A stretch of DNA of 64,000 nt from a virus (lineage: Duplodnaviria > Caudoviricetes), in the IMG/VR virus record IMGVR_UViG_3300037483_000648, positions 708 to 64,707 of that record, one strand, 5' to 3'. Position numbers and translations under genes: made by a program. Positions 18,331-27,697 of the stretch are shown in pieces (position 1 is the stretch's first letter; each line of letters begins with the position of its first letter). The notes under the pieces were generated by a model. That model did not search any database and was not told the DNA's origin. It saw only the letters and a list, made by a program, of their open reading frames with translations.

Positions 18331-19947
18331 ATGGAAATAATTGTGCCATTAACAATAACAGAGGAAATGATCACGTCGTCCAATGTTGCTGAAGATGATT
18401 ATGAAGAGTGGACGGATGTTGGTACAGAAATGTATTCTTTTAACGCCTCCCCCTTAGAGTGGTCGGGTATATCTATCGATTCATTAACGGCCGATGTATA
18501 TGCCTGTTCGGCTACAGAGATTAAATGGTCAGGCATTACTATTGATCAGAATACTAAAACTGTTTACTCCTGTGTAAAAGGTGGAGATATTTATTTCAGG
18601 GCGTTAGGGGATTCTTATTTTAATGCCCTTGGTCAAACTGTTAGGGATTGGTCAGGGATAGCCGTAAATTCTTCTAATGGTGATCTATACGCCTGTGTTT
18701 ATGGTGGTGGCATTTATAAAAGAGTGGGTGCAGACGATTTTATAGAGGTAGATGCGTCGATTAGGAATTGGGCAGGGGTAACTATAGACTCGGCTACAAA
18801 CGATGTGTGGGCATGTGTTTTTGGCGGTTTTATCTATAAACAGACTGCCGGGGCTGGAGCATTTAACGCTATAACAGCAACCGCCCGTAATTGGTCAGGG
18901 ATAACCATTGATCCTATAACTAAAGATATTTACGCCTGTGTCAATGGCGGGGATATTTATAAACAGACAGGTGGTTTAGGAAGTTTTATCGCTATGGGGC
19001 AAACCTCAAGGGCGTGGGCGGGAGTTTCTGTCAATTCTGATACAGGGGACATATATGCTTGTGTAGCTCGGGTTGGTTTATTTATCTATGGGACGACTGT
19101 TTATAATACTGGTAACCGGGTTATTTCCACTGCAGATCACAGCATCTATGAATCGTTAGTTGATTCTAATGTAAGAAAAAATCCTATAACAGATTCTGCT
19201 TCATCAAATCCTTCCTGGGCAAGAGTAGGTACGACAAATAAATGGAAGATGTTTGACTATAAAGTAAGTAGTCAAACTGTTGTTGCAAGAAATATTACAA
19301 ACGTGATAACCCCGGGGATAAAAATATCTGCCATAGGCTTAATAGAAGTTGAGGCCACTCAGGTAATTGTTACAACAGAGAACCCTACAACAACTAGGGT
19401 CGTTGATATTACTGATGAAATAACAGACTTAGTGATAAAAGATCTTGCTGCTGATGATATAATCATAGATAATTCTCTGATTTCTGATCTCGATGATATG
19501 CTTATATCAGAACTTGATGAAACTGTAATTGGAGATACAGTAGCTTGGAATGAATCAACAGTGTTTACAATAACCATAATTAACTCTTCATCACCAGCTA
19601 AATGTGGAGAATTGATTATGGGAGCACCCCAAGACTTAGGTTTTACTCAATATGGGGTTGACCTTGGCATTTTAGATTATTCTGTTAAAGAAACTGATTC
19701 TTTCGGCACTCCTAAATTAATAGTCAGAGAGTTTGCTAAAAAGGGTAATTTTGATGTATTGGTAGATCAAGTCAACCTCAATTCTGTTTACAGAAAACTG
19801 GCCAAATATAGAGCAACTAATGTTTTATGGATCGGTGATGATAATATAGCGCCAACTATTATTTTTGGGTGGTGCCGTAAATTTAATATTGTTTTGCCGC
19901 AATTAAATGTAAATATCTGCTCACTTGAAATAGAGGGGATGACATGA
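18331..19947 (+). CDS. Distal-tail-type protein with inserted six-repeat beta-propeller
   Basis: Follows TMP; six WSG(I/V)xxD...YAC repeats; C-terminal GILDYSVKETDSFG...LWIG motif. Confidence 0.7.
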   Translation: MEIIVPLTITEEMITSSNVAEDDYEEWTDVGTEMYSFNASPLEWSGISIDSLTADVYACSATEIKWSGITIDQNTKTVYSCVKGGDIYFRALGDSYFNALGQTVRDWSGIAVNSSNGDLYACVYGGGIYKRVGADDFIEVDASIRNWAGVTIDSATNDVWACVFGGFIYKQTAGAGAFNAITATARNWSGITIDPITKDIYACVNGGDIYKQTGGLGSFIAMGQTSRAWAGVSVNSDTGDIYACVARVGLFIYGTTVYNTGNRVISTADHSIYESLVDSNVRKNPITDSASSNPSWARVGTTNKWKMFDYKVSSQTVVARNITNVITPGIKISAIGLIEVEATQVIVTTENPTTTRVVDITDEITDLVIKDLAADDIIIDNSLISDLDDMLISELDETVIGDTVAWNESTVFTITIINSSSPAKCGELIMGAPQDLGFTQYGVDLGILDYSVKETDSFGTPKLIVREFAKKGNFDVLVDQVNLNSVYRKLAKYRATNVLWIGDDNIAPTIIFGWCRKFNIVLPQLNVNICSLEIEGMT

Positions 19948-21098
19948 CAACCATTACCAGCCCTACTATATTTGCTCCTTCAGCAGATACTGTTGTTAAA
20001 AAGGGCGGGATATTTAAAATAAGCTCGTTAGGGCATTTAGAATATATATCTAAACAGAAACCTAGAGTAGAAACTACAACGTTATCCGGATTAATTGAGC
20101 TAGCCCAATTAGGGACAACAATTATAGATGGTGGTTATATTAAGACCAATTTAGTAGATTCTGATACTTTATTGGCTGATGTTTTATTTATAGGGGATAT
20201 GTTAGAGGGTGGTTATTTAAAAGAATCACTCATAAATGTATCGTCTTTAATGATTAATATGGGCCTTGGTGCATTGGCTTATGAAGATGTCGTTGAGGCT
20301 GCTCAGTTAGGATCCACTTTAATTTCCGGCGGGTTTATACGAACAAGCTTAATAGACACTGATGCTATATTAGCAGATATTATTGTTTCTGGTGATTTAG
20401 GCGATTTGGCGGTTCTTGATGCAGTTGAACTTAGTAACCTTGGCTCAACTATAATATCAGGGGGGTATATAAAAACATCTATTCTACAGACTGATGTTTT
20501 ACGAGTTGGGCAAGCTGATCTTACAGCCAACAATACTTCTTATAATACCTCATTTGTCGGGTCTTATTTGGCAACTGATGTTGCTTATTGGGCTGGCCAC
20601 CCTGCAGAGGTAATAAATGCGAATACAACCACTATATCTGGTGGAAAAATAACCACTGGTTCTATCGCTGCTGATAAAATTATAGCAAACTCCCTTACGG
20701 CTAATCAAATTGCTGCTAACGCTATTACAGCAATTCAATTAGCCTCTAATTCTGTCACTGCAGCTAAAATAATGGCTGGGCAAGTAATTGGCGGTCACAT
20801 AGCAACGAGAACATTAACTGCTGATAAGATAGCAGCTAACTCTTTAACAGTTACTGAGATATGGGGGTTGGCTCGTATAAATGGCAATCGGCTGAATGTT
20901 GTAGCTGCGGGAGGAATAGGAATAGGGTTTGGACAGTATGCAACTATTACGCACAATTTAGGTAGATACGTGGTCATTCATTTTTTTGACAAAGCGACAG
21001 ATTCTTTTGCTGTAAGGCTTACAGACCAGACAGTTAATTCTTTCACCTTTAAGGAATATGGGGGGTCAAACGGGACATTATATTATGCCTACATATAA
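19944..21098 (+). CDS. Tail tip/fibre protein
   Basis: Three LG(T/S)T(I/L)IxGG(Y/F)I(K/R)T repeats and SITADKI-like beta-helix repeats. Confidence 0.7.
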   Translation: MTTITSPTIFAPSADTVVKKGGIFKISSLGHLEYISKQKPRVETTTLSGLIELAQLGTTIIDGGYIKTNLVDSDTLLADVLFIGDMLEGGYLKESLINVSSLMINMGLGALAYEDVVEAAQLGSTLISGGFIRTSLIDTDAILADIIVSGDLGDLAVLDAVELSNLGSTIISGGYIKTSILQTDVLRVGQADLTANNTSYNTSFVGSYLATDVAYWAGHPAEVINANTTTISGGKITTGSIAADKIIANSLTANQIAANAITAIQLASNSVTAAKIMAGQVIGGHIATRTLTADKIAANSLTVTEIWGLARINGNRLNVVAAGGIGIGFGQYATITHNLGRYVVIHFFDKATDSFAVRLTDQTVNSFTFKEYGGSNGTLYYAYI

Positions 21099-21531
21099 AA
21101 TACAAATAAAAGAAAACGGTCAAATTGAGGGGTATCAACAAATAGAAGCAATTGACGATGCCTTTTGGGTTGATGGCATAGAAGTCGAACAGGAGTTTTA
21201 TGACCTTGTTGTGGTTGATTTCTGGCTTGCCATAAACACATACTATTTCGACTTCGTTACTGAAACCTTTATTGCTCGTCCAGAGATGGAAACTGATCAC
21301 AGTCAGTCAGAAATTTCCGAATATCCAAGTATTGAGGCCGATGGTATCGATTCAGTTACGTTCGAGCCTTTGCCGATTCCTTGTGTAGTTAAGATTGATA
21401 GTCAGGAATTTATTCTCGATGATCCAACTGACCCTGTTTTTGAATTTTCTACACCAGTAGCAGGGACATATATCATTACAGCCGAGCAATTCCCATATAA
21501 GCCAAAGTCCTGGACAGTGGAGGCCGCATGA
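21085..21531 (+). CDS. Tail fibre assembly-like protein
   Basis: Start likely MPTYKIQ; ADGIDSVTF..LP...FSTPVAGTY..FPY pattern; position. Confidence 0.55.
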   Translation: MPTYKIQIKENGQIEGYQQIEAIDDAFWVDGIEVEQEFYDLVVVDFWLAINTYYFDFVTETFIARPEMETDHSQSEISEYPSIEADGIDSVTFEPLPIPCVVKIDSQEFILDDPTDPVFEFSTPVAGTYIITAEQFPYKPKSWTVEAA

Positions 21532-21875
21532 AGGTTGTATTTAATGGTTCATTGAAGAAAGAAAAATACGCTGAAGATGCCAAAAAACTGCGAGATACCC
21601 TTGAGATAGCGGATATTGAGGTATTTGACGTCATGTGGCAGGTGCGAGATAAGGACCGAGCTAGGATCCAAGAGACTATTAATGCATCTGTTATTCTCAA
21701 TGCTCCTCCGGAAACAACTGTGGATTGGATACTTGCCGATAACAGTGAACGACCAACAACAGCGGACGACCTGCAACAGGTATTATTGACCTATGCTCTT
21801 CGGATGCAAGAATTGTTTTATAAATACAGAACATGGCGATCTAGCGGCAGAAATAAGCCGTTTACAGCAGAATAG
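21528..21875 (+). CDS. DUF4376-like tail fibre chaperone
   Basis: WQVRDKDRARI...WILADNS...DL motif. Confidence 0.7.
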   Translation: MKVVFNGSLKKEKYAEDAKKLRDTLEIADIEVFDVMWQVRDKDRARIQETINASVILNAPPETTVDWILADNSERPTTADDLQQVLLTYALRMQELFYKYRTWRSSGRNKPFTAE

Positions 21876-21919
21876 ATTTATCAACAGGTAAAATATGAAA
21901 TCAACAATAAGGCCTTATT

Positions 21920-22288
21920 ATGGGTGATCTTTCCAAAGACTTTTCCAGAAGTGAATATGCTTGCAGATGTGGTTGTGGATTTGATACTGTTGATGTTGAG
22001 CTGAATAGAGTTATGCAGGATTTGAGAGACCACTATGGAAGAAGGATCACTATAACAGGTCCGAATAGATGCTTTACTCATAACCTTCGGACTCCTGGGG
22101 CAGCAAGGGATTCTCAACACCAGTTTGGCAAGGCAAATGACTTTATTGTCGATGGGGTTTCTGCAGAAGATGTGTTTGACTATTTGAATTTGAAATACCC
22201 GAGCAGGTACGGCATAGGGTTATATACTGATCCTGCTCGGGTGCATCTGGACATCAGGCCTTACCGGGCACGATGGCGGATGCCTTAA
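21920..22288 (+). CDS. Peptidase M15A-family endolysin
   Basis: FSRSEYACRCGCG, RC..HN, SQHQFGKAND, VHLDIR zinc-peptidase motifs. Confidence 0.85.
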   Translation: MGDLSKDFSRSEYACRCGCGFDTVDVELNRVMQDLRDHYGRRITITGPNRCFTHNLRTPGAARDSQHQFGKANDFIVDGVSAEDVFDYLNLKYPSRYGIGLYTDPARVHLDIRPYRARWRMP

Positions 22289-22574
22289 ATTCTGGGATTG
22301 ATATTTTGGCTCTTAATACAGTTTCATGCTTTTCTTTATCATAAAAACATTCGAGTTCCTGATTATTTTCTGTTCTCATAAAGACATCATCAGGGATTCT
22401 TACTTCACCGCCATTTACATGAATAGCCGTCCAAAGAAGTCTTTTGGCGGCTTCCAGTTCTTTAGCCAGATCATTTATCATTTTGTTTGATTCAACTACT
22501 CTTTCTAAAACTCTTTTGAGTTTTTGTTCAGCATATTCAGCAGTTAATTCTTCCATCTTGTCCCTCTCAATCAA
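22254..22574 (-). CDS. Hypothetical protein
   Basis: Up to 106 aa (likely start MEELTAE); converges on and overlaps the M15 gene end. Confidence 0.55.
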   Translation of the reverse strand: MIERDKMEELTAEYAEQKLKRVLERVVESNKMINDLAKELEAAKRLLWTAIHVNGGEVRIPDDVFMRTENNQELECFYDKEKHETVLRAKISIPEFKASAIVPGKA

Positions 22575-22577
22575 TTT

Positions 22578-22617
22578 AAAAAAAGCCGGAAGAATTGCAA
22601 ACTCCCGGCTTTTATTT
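22578..22617. terminator. Bidirectional rho-independent terminator near the arm junction
   Basis: AAAAAAGCCGG...CCGGCTTTT with A/T tracts on both sides. Confidence 0.65.
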
Positions 22618-22746
22618 CTAGCATACGTTTATGTTGTTTTATTCTGAATTATTTTGTTATGTTAATTATCAGCCACTCTCTATGATTCGTCAGCCACCGC
22701 TAACTATGGCACCATATTTGCCTCCTTTATTTTTCATGTTTTGTTA

Positions 22747-23397
22747 CTAAATAATTTGAGTGACAACAGTTTGTCGACCGCGTATAGTAAATTCAAATAC
22801 ACGATCAGCAACTTCTATAATTTCTTCGCGCGTTGCTCTTTCATCAGCAATCATTACAATTTGTAATCCTGGCCAATGTCTTTCTGGAATCGGTTTACAA
22901 AGTTCTTTTAACATTGCTAATGCCCTTCTGTTTGGCTCTTTAGCTTTTAAATGTTTGAACGGCTCATCCAACCAGATACTTGCCCTGCTACGAGGATTCT
23001 GTAAAGACCACAGGGCAGGTCGTAAAGCCATCCCCGCTATATCTACAGGGCCAAGCCCGGTATTATCTTTCGGGGAAATAGGCTGCCCATCTCTGACGAA
23101 CCAGAAATCCACCTCAACACTTCCTCTTCTCTGCTCAAACTTTACGTCAAAATCATAAGGATCATCAAATACAGAAGACAGAGCCAATTTGGGAAGCTCA
23201 CAGAGTTGGTATCTTAATTGCTCTTGAGTTTGCTGTGCGCATAATTGAACGAGGGCTGAGGCTTCTTCAGCGTCATTTAATTCCTGCTTCAGTTCTCTTC
23301 GTTTATTTTTGGCAGCCTTCAACTTTTCCCGAATCTTATCCCTGGCTCCGGAAAGTTTGTTGTATCTGGTTTTTAAATCAATTAGGCTCATTATCAA
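22747..23397 (-). CDS. SbcC/Rad50 (gp46-like) C-terminal half
   Basis: Coiled coil, signature-like TGLGPVDIAGMALR, Walker B IWLDEPF, terminal ADRVF. Confidence 0.85.
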   Translation of the reverse strand: MIMSLIDLKTRYNKLSGARDKIREKLKAAKNKRRELKQELNDAEEASALVQLCAQQTQEQLRYQLCELPKLALSSVFDDPYDFDVKFEQRRGSVEVDFWFVRDGQPISPKDNTGLGPVDIAGMALRPALWSLQNPRSRASIWLDEPFKHLKAKEPNRRALAMLKELCKPIPERHWPGLQIVMIADERATREEIIEVADRVFEFTIRGRQTVVTQII

Positions 23398-23647
23398 TTC
23401 CCTCTATCTTATCAAGCAGAACCTGAATTTGGTCAAGAAGGTCTTCCAGCGTCTCTTTGATTCCTTGGGTTTTGGTCTCCAGCTCTTTCAGATAAGAGTC
23501 AATATCAGTATCTTCTTCAAGACCAAAAGATTTGATTTGGTTGTTAACCTGTTTCAGTTCACCCTCAAGTCCCGCCTGCTGCTTTTGGAATTTCTTGAGG
23601 GATTCCTGATTGGCTTTTATTTCTTTTTCAATTTCGTTTATTTGCAT
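23378..23647 (-). CDS. Coiled-coil hypothetical protein
   Basis: 89 aa, heptad pattern. Confidence 0.6.
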   Translation of the reverse strand: MQINEIEKEIKANQESLKKFQKQQAGLEGELKQVNNQIKSFGLEEDTDIDSYLKELETKTQGIKETLEDLLDQIQVLLDKIEGIDNEPN

Positions 23648-23704
23648 ATGTTTTACCTTTTGTTTCAGAAAATAGTTAATTAGTATTAGTCGTTGGCCTG
23701 ATAA

Positions 23705-23968
23705 TTATCCACTAATACCATCGATATTTACAGAGCTATATATTTCCCCTAAATAAATCCCCTGTGCTTCTTGTAAACCATCTTGCAGCTCTAAATCATA
23801 CTTTTCAGCAACAGATCTGTCATATACAGAAAGTTGTGCGTCACCAATAGTAGACAACCCAAGTCGTGGAGGACAGGACATAAGAGCTTTTTCTAACCTC
23901 TTCATCCATGCCTCCTCTTTTTTACTTAGTGGTTTAACCTCGTCTTTGTAATTCTTTATGTTTCTCAT
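23705..23968 (-). CDS. Hypothetical protein
   Basis: 87-aa ORF in operon. Confidence 0.55.
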   Translation of the reverse strand: MRNIKNYKDEVKPLSKKEEAWMKRLEKALMSCPPRLGLSTIGDAQLSVYDRSVAEKYDLELQDGLQEAQGIYLGEIYSSVNIDGISG

Positions 23969-23986
23969 TTATCAACCCACAATCTT

Positions 23987-24922
23987 TCATATCCCTTCAT
24001 AATAAGACCAGACCTTATCAATTATACGCCTGTCTATATCTTTCGTTAAGAGTGCTTGAAGATTTTGTTCAAAATTAATTCCTGTAACAACCTGTTCCCC
24101 CAGTTTCTCGACGAACGCACTCAGCCTCTCTTCCTTTTCTTTTACCTCTTCCAGATGAAATCTGCTTACCACGCCAGATTCTATAGGCAAAAATACCTGC
24201 TCCACGCGATTTTCGGCAGCAAACCATAGAAAGATACTCGGCTTAAAGTTTTCCTGATCTGCATCATTTCTTATTAAAGAACCGGGATTAACTAAAAGGG
24301 TGTTAGTCCTCTTATTAAATCCTGTAAAAGTAGCATGATGGTGGCCGGATACAATTAAATCGAAGTTAGAAAACATTCTGAGTAACTGTCCTTTCTCCCA
24401 TCCTTCACATCCGGGAAAAGGCATGTTGTCGTCATATACCATTGTGTGGATCAAAAGGACGTTATAATCAAAATCGTTTCCTTCTATCGCCACAGGTTCT
24501 ACAGGTTCACCCCATGGTATTCTATGGATTTGTACTTTGCGTTCATTCCTTAAAGCAAAGAATCGTTTGTTGGAGATAACCCCGGCACTCTCTAAAACCT
24601 TCATAGCTGATCTATCATAATTAGCCATAGATTTGCCTGGCAAGTCATGGTTTCCCGGAACGGTAAAGAGTGGCCGAGGAAGATTTCTAATTGCCCAAGA
24701 AACAAGAAAGTAATTGGGGTTTTGTTTATACTTCTTGTCAAACAGATCGCCACCATCAAGGATAGGGCAATTGTATTTATTGGCTAGATCGGAAATGAAC
24801 TTGATTTTCCTCTCCTGCGCAGTCCAATGGTCATCAAGTCGACAGAGTGGGGTATGCGCCCTAAGTTCTATATCCCCTGTGATTATAGCATCAGGGATTT
24901 GGGTTTGTTTGGTTCGTTTCAT
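23987..24922 (-). CDS. SbcD/Mre11-like metallophosphoesterase nuclease
   Basis: GD, GGDLFD, PGNHD, SGHHH, NPGSL motifs. Confidence 0.85.
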   Translation of the reverse strand: MKRTKQTQIPDAIITGDIELRAHTPLCRLDDHWTAQERKIKFISDLANKYNCPILDGGDLFDKKYKQNPNYFLVSWAIRNLPRPLFTVPGNHDLPGKSMANYDRSAMKVLESAGVISNKRFFALRNERKVQIHRIPWGEPVEPVAIEGNDFDYNVLLIHTMVYDDNMPFPGCEGWEKGQLLRMFSNFDLIVSGHHHATFTGFNKRTNTLLVNPGSLIRNDADQENFKPSIFLWFAAENRVEQVFLPIESGVVSRFHLEEVKEKEERLSAFVEKLGEQVVTGINFEQNLQALLTKDIDRRIIDKVWSYYEGI

Positions 24923-24923
24923 T

Positions 24924-25139
24924 TTATTGAATGCGGTTAATTGAATTTGCTTCTGCCGTAGTAATTAATGAAGTTTCTGGGTGAAGACCTTGATGCGCTC
25001 CTTCAAGTGAATACCAGTTCATCTTTCCTCCTGATGCAAATTCCATTTGGCCACGACCAGTTACTACAGACACGCCAGTCCTACCAAGAATAAATATTCT
25101 TTGGCCTATTTCAAATTTAAATCGTATGTTCTTTTTCAT
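24924..25139 (-). CDS. Hypothetical protein
   Basis: 71-aa ORF tightly packed in operon. Confidence 0.5.
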   Translation of the reverse strand: MKKNIRFKFEIGQRIFILGRTGVSVVTGRGQMEFASGGKMNWYSLEGAHQGLHPETSLITTAEANSINRIQ

Positions 25140-25140
25140 T

Positions 25141-25590
25141 TTACTTCTCCATATAATTAAAAATAGTCATCTGGCCTGCTTCTTCCTGGATCCTTTTAAT
25201 ATCTCGCAACCTTCTTCTCTGAATAGCAAGATAGTTTTCAACAGGAGTTGCCTGGATTAAATGACCCGGATTAACACAAATTCGATTCCTACATTTATGG
25301 TCAATATGCATTTGCTCTTTTATTGGTCCATTAAATAATGCGTAAGAAACTCGATGCCCCCATTTTGTTCCTTCTGGGGTATAGCAACAAGCATATCCAT
25401 TATGAATCCTGCCGTGCCATTTCCAACACCCGCAAATAGATAACCTTACATTCATTAAAAATTCTTGCAGAATACGTTCTCTATACTCGTCTTTAATTTC
25501 GTAAGGCTTAATTACCATTTTCCCACAGCGACCAAACTTTCCAGCTGCTATTCCTTCTTCCTGTCTTTGAACTGCTGTTAGCCAAGGCAT
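25141..25590 (-). CDS. HNH endonuclease
   Basis: CWKW.G...GY...HRVSY...HIDHKCRNRICVNPGHL; likely start MPWL. Confidence 0.85.
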   Translation of the reverse strand: MPWLTAVQRQEEGIAAGKFGRCGKMVIKPYEIKDEYRERILQEFLMNVRLSICGCWKWHGRIHNGYACCYTPEGTKWGHRVSYALFNGPIKEQMHIDHKCRNRICVNPGHLIQATPVENYLAIQRRRLRDIKRIQEEAGQMTIFNYMEK

Positions 25591-25591
25591 T

Positions 25592-25981
25592 TTAAAATTG
25601 ATTGTCAAAAGGTTCAGGAAAAGTTCCAAATTCATTAAAGAAAGCCATGTCGTCATTGCTCATATTCAATTCTTTTCCTAAAGTTTCATTAATGTCTTCG
25701 AGGTATGGTAGATACTTCGATTCAGTAATTTTTCCGTCTTTAAGTCTGCTCAAAAGCTCTAAAATATTTTTGCGCTTAATTATTGATTTCTTTCTCTTAT
25801 CTAAAAACAAACCACAGAAGTCTTGATACCAGACAGAGTTGCTGGTTGCCACCTGTCTACTACAACAACCGTTGCTAGCCCTGCCTGGATTTATAGAAGG
25901 GATTAGATAAACTTCTAATTTATTACTGAGCAAATCATAATACATAAACTCATAGATTTGCCGCTTGCTTAAACTACTCAC
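25592..25981 (-). CDS. Hypothetical protein
   Basis: 129-aa ORF, ATGA-type coupling. Confidence 0.55.
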   Translation of the reverse strand: MSSLSKRQIYEFMYYDLLSNKLEVYLIPSINPGRASNGCCSRQVATSNSVWYQDFCGLFLDKRKKSIIKRKNILELLSRLKDGKITESKYLPYLEDINETLGKELNMSNDDMAFFNEFGTFPEPFDNQF

Positions 25982-26190
25982 TTGATCAACAACAATTCAA
26001 CTTCTCTGGCTCTTTCAAGATACCCTGCGGCCAAAGCTATTCCTACTTTATCTTTCCCCAAACCATTTTTAGTCATAGAGGAAATAAAAGAGCCTATAGC
26101 AACACGTATAGTCATGGCTTGAGATGAAGTTAATAATTGGCCATTTATAATTATTGTTGGTTCTGGTGGAAATTGAGTTGGCTTATTCAT
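25978..26190 (-). CDS. Hypothetical protein
   Basis: 70-aa ORF. Confidence 0.55.
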   Translation of the reverse strand: MNKPTQFPPEPTIIINGQLLTSSQAMTIRVAIGSFISSMTKNGLGKDKVGIALAAGYLERAREVELLLIK

Positions 26191-26193
26191 TTG

Positions 26194-26364
26194 TTAGTAT
26201 CCAAAAGAAATAAGCGTGTTATCTATTGCCCAAATAATCACTGGTAAAACCGAGAAAAACATTACTGCAAAACCCAGGAAAGCTCCGATGAATTTCAAAT
26301 CCTCTATCCTCTTCTTGGGCAGCCTGGATAAAAACGGGGTTGATTGATTTCGTATGTCTCTCAT
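26194..26364 (-). CDS. Small membrane protein
   Basis: GGAGG RBS before MRDIRN; one hydrophobic helix. Confidence 0.5.
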   Translation of the reverse strand: MRDIRNQSTPFLSRLPKKRIEDLKFIGAFLGFAVMFFSVLPVIIWAIDNTLISFGY

Positions 26365-26464
26365 TTTTCCCTCCAAATTCAATAATGATGTTTTTTAAAT
26401 CTGCTATTTCACTTTCCAGTTGCTTGATTCGGTTTTTGGCAAAATCAACAACTACGGCGTTCAT
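26219..26464 (-). CDS. Hypothetical protein (overlaps previous ORF)
   Basis: ATGA coupling at 26461-26464, coiled-coil start; overlap of about 146 nt lowers confidence. Confidence 0.3.
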   Translation of the reverse strand: MNAVVVDFAKNRIKQLESEIADLKNIIIEFGGKNERHTKSINPVFIQAAQEEDRGFEIHRSFPGFCSNVFLGFTSDYLGNR

Positions 26465-26661
26465 GTCTCGAAATCTCCACATCGACCAATCGCTTCAAGA
26501 ATCTGTAATCCAATCGTGCTTTTGGCCAAACAAACTCTATCGAGTTCAATTTTTGCCGCTGCCACACATCGTAGTGTTTGGGCCTTTAATATTTCTTTAA
26601 TTTCATTGTCCAGATAATTTGTTGTTGAGTTTGTTTCATCCATTTTCCAGTGTCCCCTCAT
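26461..26661 (-). CDS. Hypothetical protein
   Basis: Up to 66 aa, likely start MDETNS. Confidence 0.45.
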   Translation of the reverse strand: MRGHWKMDETNSTTNYLDNEIKEILKAQTLRCVAAAKIELDRVCLAKSTIGLQILEAIGRCGDFET

Positions 26662-27697
26662 TTTTGATTATTGAACCACATGTTGGGCATTGCTCAGGAA
26701 TTATTCTTTCTAAATCAGCAATCTTTTTATTCAGAATTTTTATTTCCTGGACATAGCCCTGTTGACTTTCAATTAATCCCTTTACACTATTATAGCGTTG
26801 TTTTGTGGTTTTATACTCAAAAAATGTTTGTTCACTGGAAAAAATTAATTTTGAGACAGCAGAAAGCTGTTTTGGATCTATCTTGGAGGATTCTAATCGG
26901 ATTTTGTTAGCAAATGTGTGTTTGATTTTATTATATAAAATTTCGTTTTGGTCTATCTCGGCAAGAAGTTCTTGAGATTTGGCCACAAGTTTTTCAAGGT
27001 CAGGAAGACTTTTCAGCTTCTCAACAGACTTCAGCAATTCTTGTTTTCTTTCCCAATTTAATCTGATTGAATAGATAGCTTGATTATTTTCACGAATCTG
27101 CTGGTCAAACCCTTCTGCTTGAGTAAGTAGCTCTTGGGCAGTAGGTAGCTCTTTGTAATTGATCAAGTCGTCTTGGTATTCTTTTACTAAAGCAGTTTGA
27201 ATCTTCCTGTTTGACTTGATCTTGTTGACATCTGATTTAGCATTGGAAATGGTGCTATCTATTTTATCAAGGCCAGCCAGCTTATTAAGTATCCGGCCTC
27301 TTTCCCCGGCTGTCTCGAACATCAAGAAGGATCTGTCTATTTGGGTTTGGCAATTTATTTCCTGCATATTAAAAATGGCTTTTACTTCTTCAGGAACACT
27401 GGTACCCGCGTTCATTAAATCTGAATCGTTTACTTGATAGAAGTTGCCGGATTTCTTTTGGTGCCAGGAAACAGATTGACCTTCCTCAAAAGTTACTTTG
27501 ACAAGTCCATCCCCTTCCCAATACAAGGGTCGCATTCCACTTCCCAAAGGGGCATTTGTTCGGCACTTATTGAAAGCCCTGAAAAAGCCCGATTTACCCT
27601 TATCGGATTCCCCCACGATTATATTGAGGCCGGGGTGGAGGTTGATAATGGTGTTTTTGTGGGATTCGTAGTTTTTAATTTCTAATTGAGTTATCAT
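26636..27697 (-). CDS. SbcC/Rad50 (gp46-like) N-terminal half ending at the zinc hook
   Basis: LEIKNYESH, Walker A GESDKGKS, Q-loop QTQ, coiled coil, CPTCG near the C-terminus. Confidence 0.9.
   Translation of the reverse strand: MITQLEIKNYESHKNTIINLHPGLNIIVGESDKGKSGFFRAFNKCRTNAPLGSGMRPLYWEGDGLVKVTFEEGQSVSWHQKKSGNFYQVNDSDLMNAGTSVPEEVKAIFNMQEINCQTQIDRSFLMFETAGERGRILNKLAGLDKIDSTISNAKSDVNKIKSNRKIQTALVKEYQDDLINYKELPTAQELLTQAEGFDQQIRENNQAIYSIRLNWERKQELLKSVEKLKSLPDLEKLVAKSQELLAEIDQNEILYNKIKHTFANKIRLESSKIDPKQLSAVSKLIFSSEQTFFEYKTTKQRYNSVKGLIESQQGYVQEIKILNKKIADLERIIPEQCPTCGSIIKNEGTLENG

Noticed and set aside
18451-21098. Diversity-generating retroelement target
   Set aside because: No reverse transcriptase and no TR/VR pair seen; the repeats are protein-level.
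22660-22715. Amber (TAG) stop-codon recoding suggested by two in-frame TAGs
   Set aside because: Long genes are uninterrupted in the standard code, TAG ends real genes (e.g. 21875, 59042), and no CUA suppressor tRNA is present.
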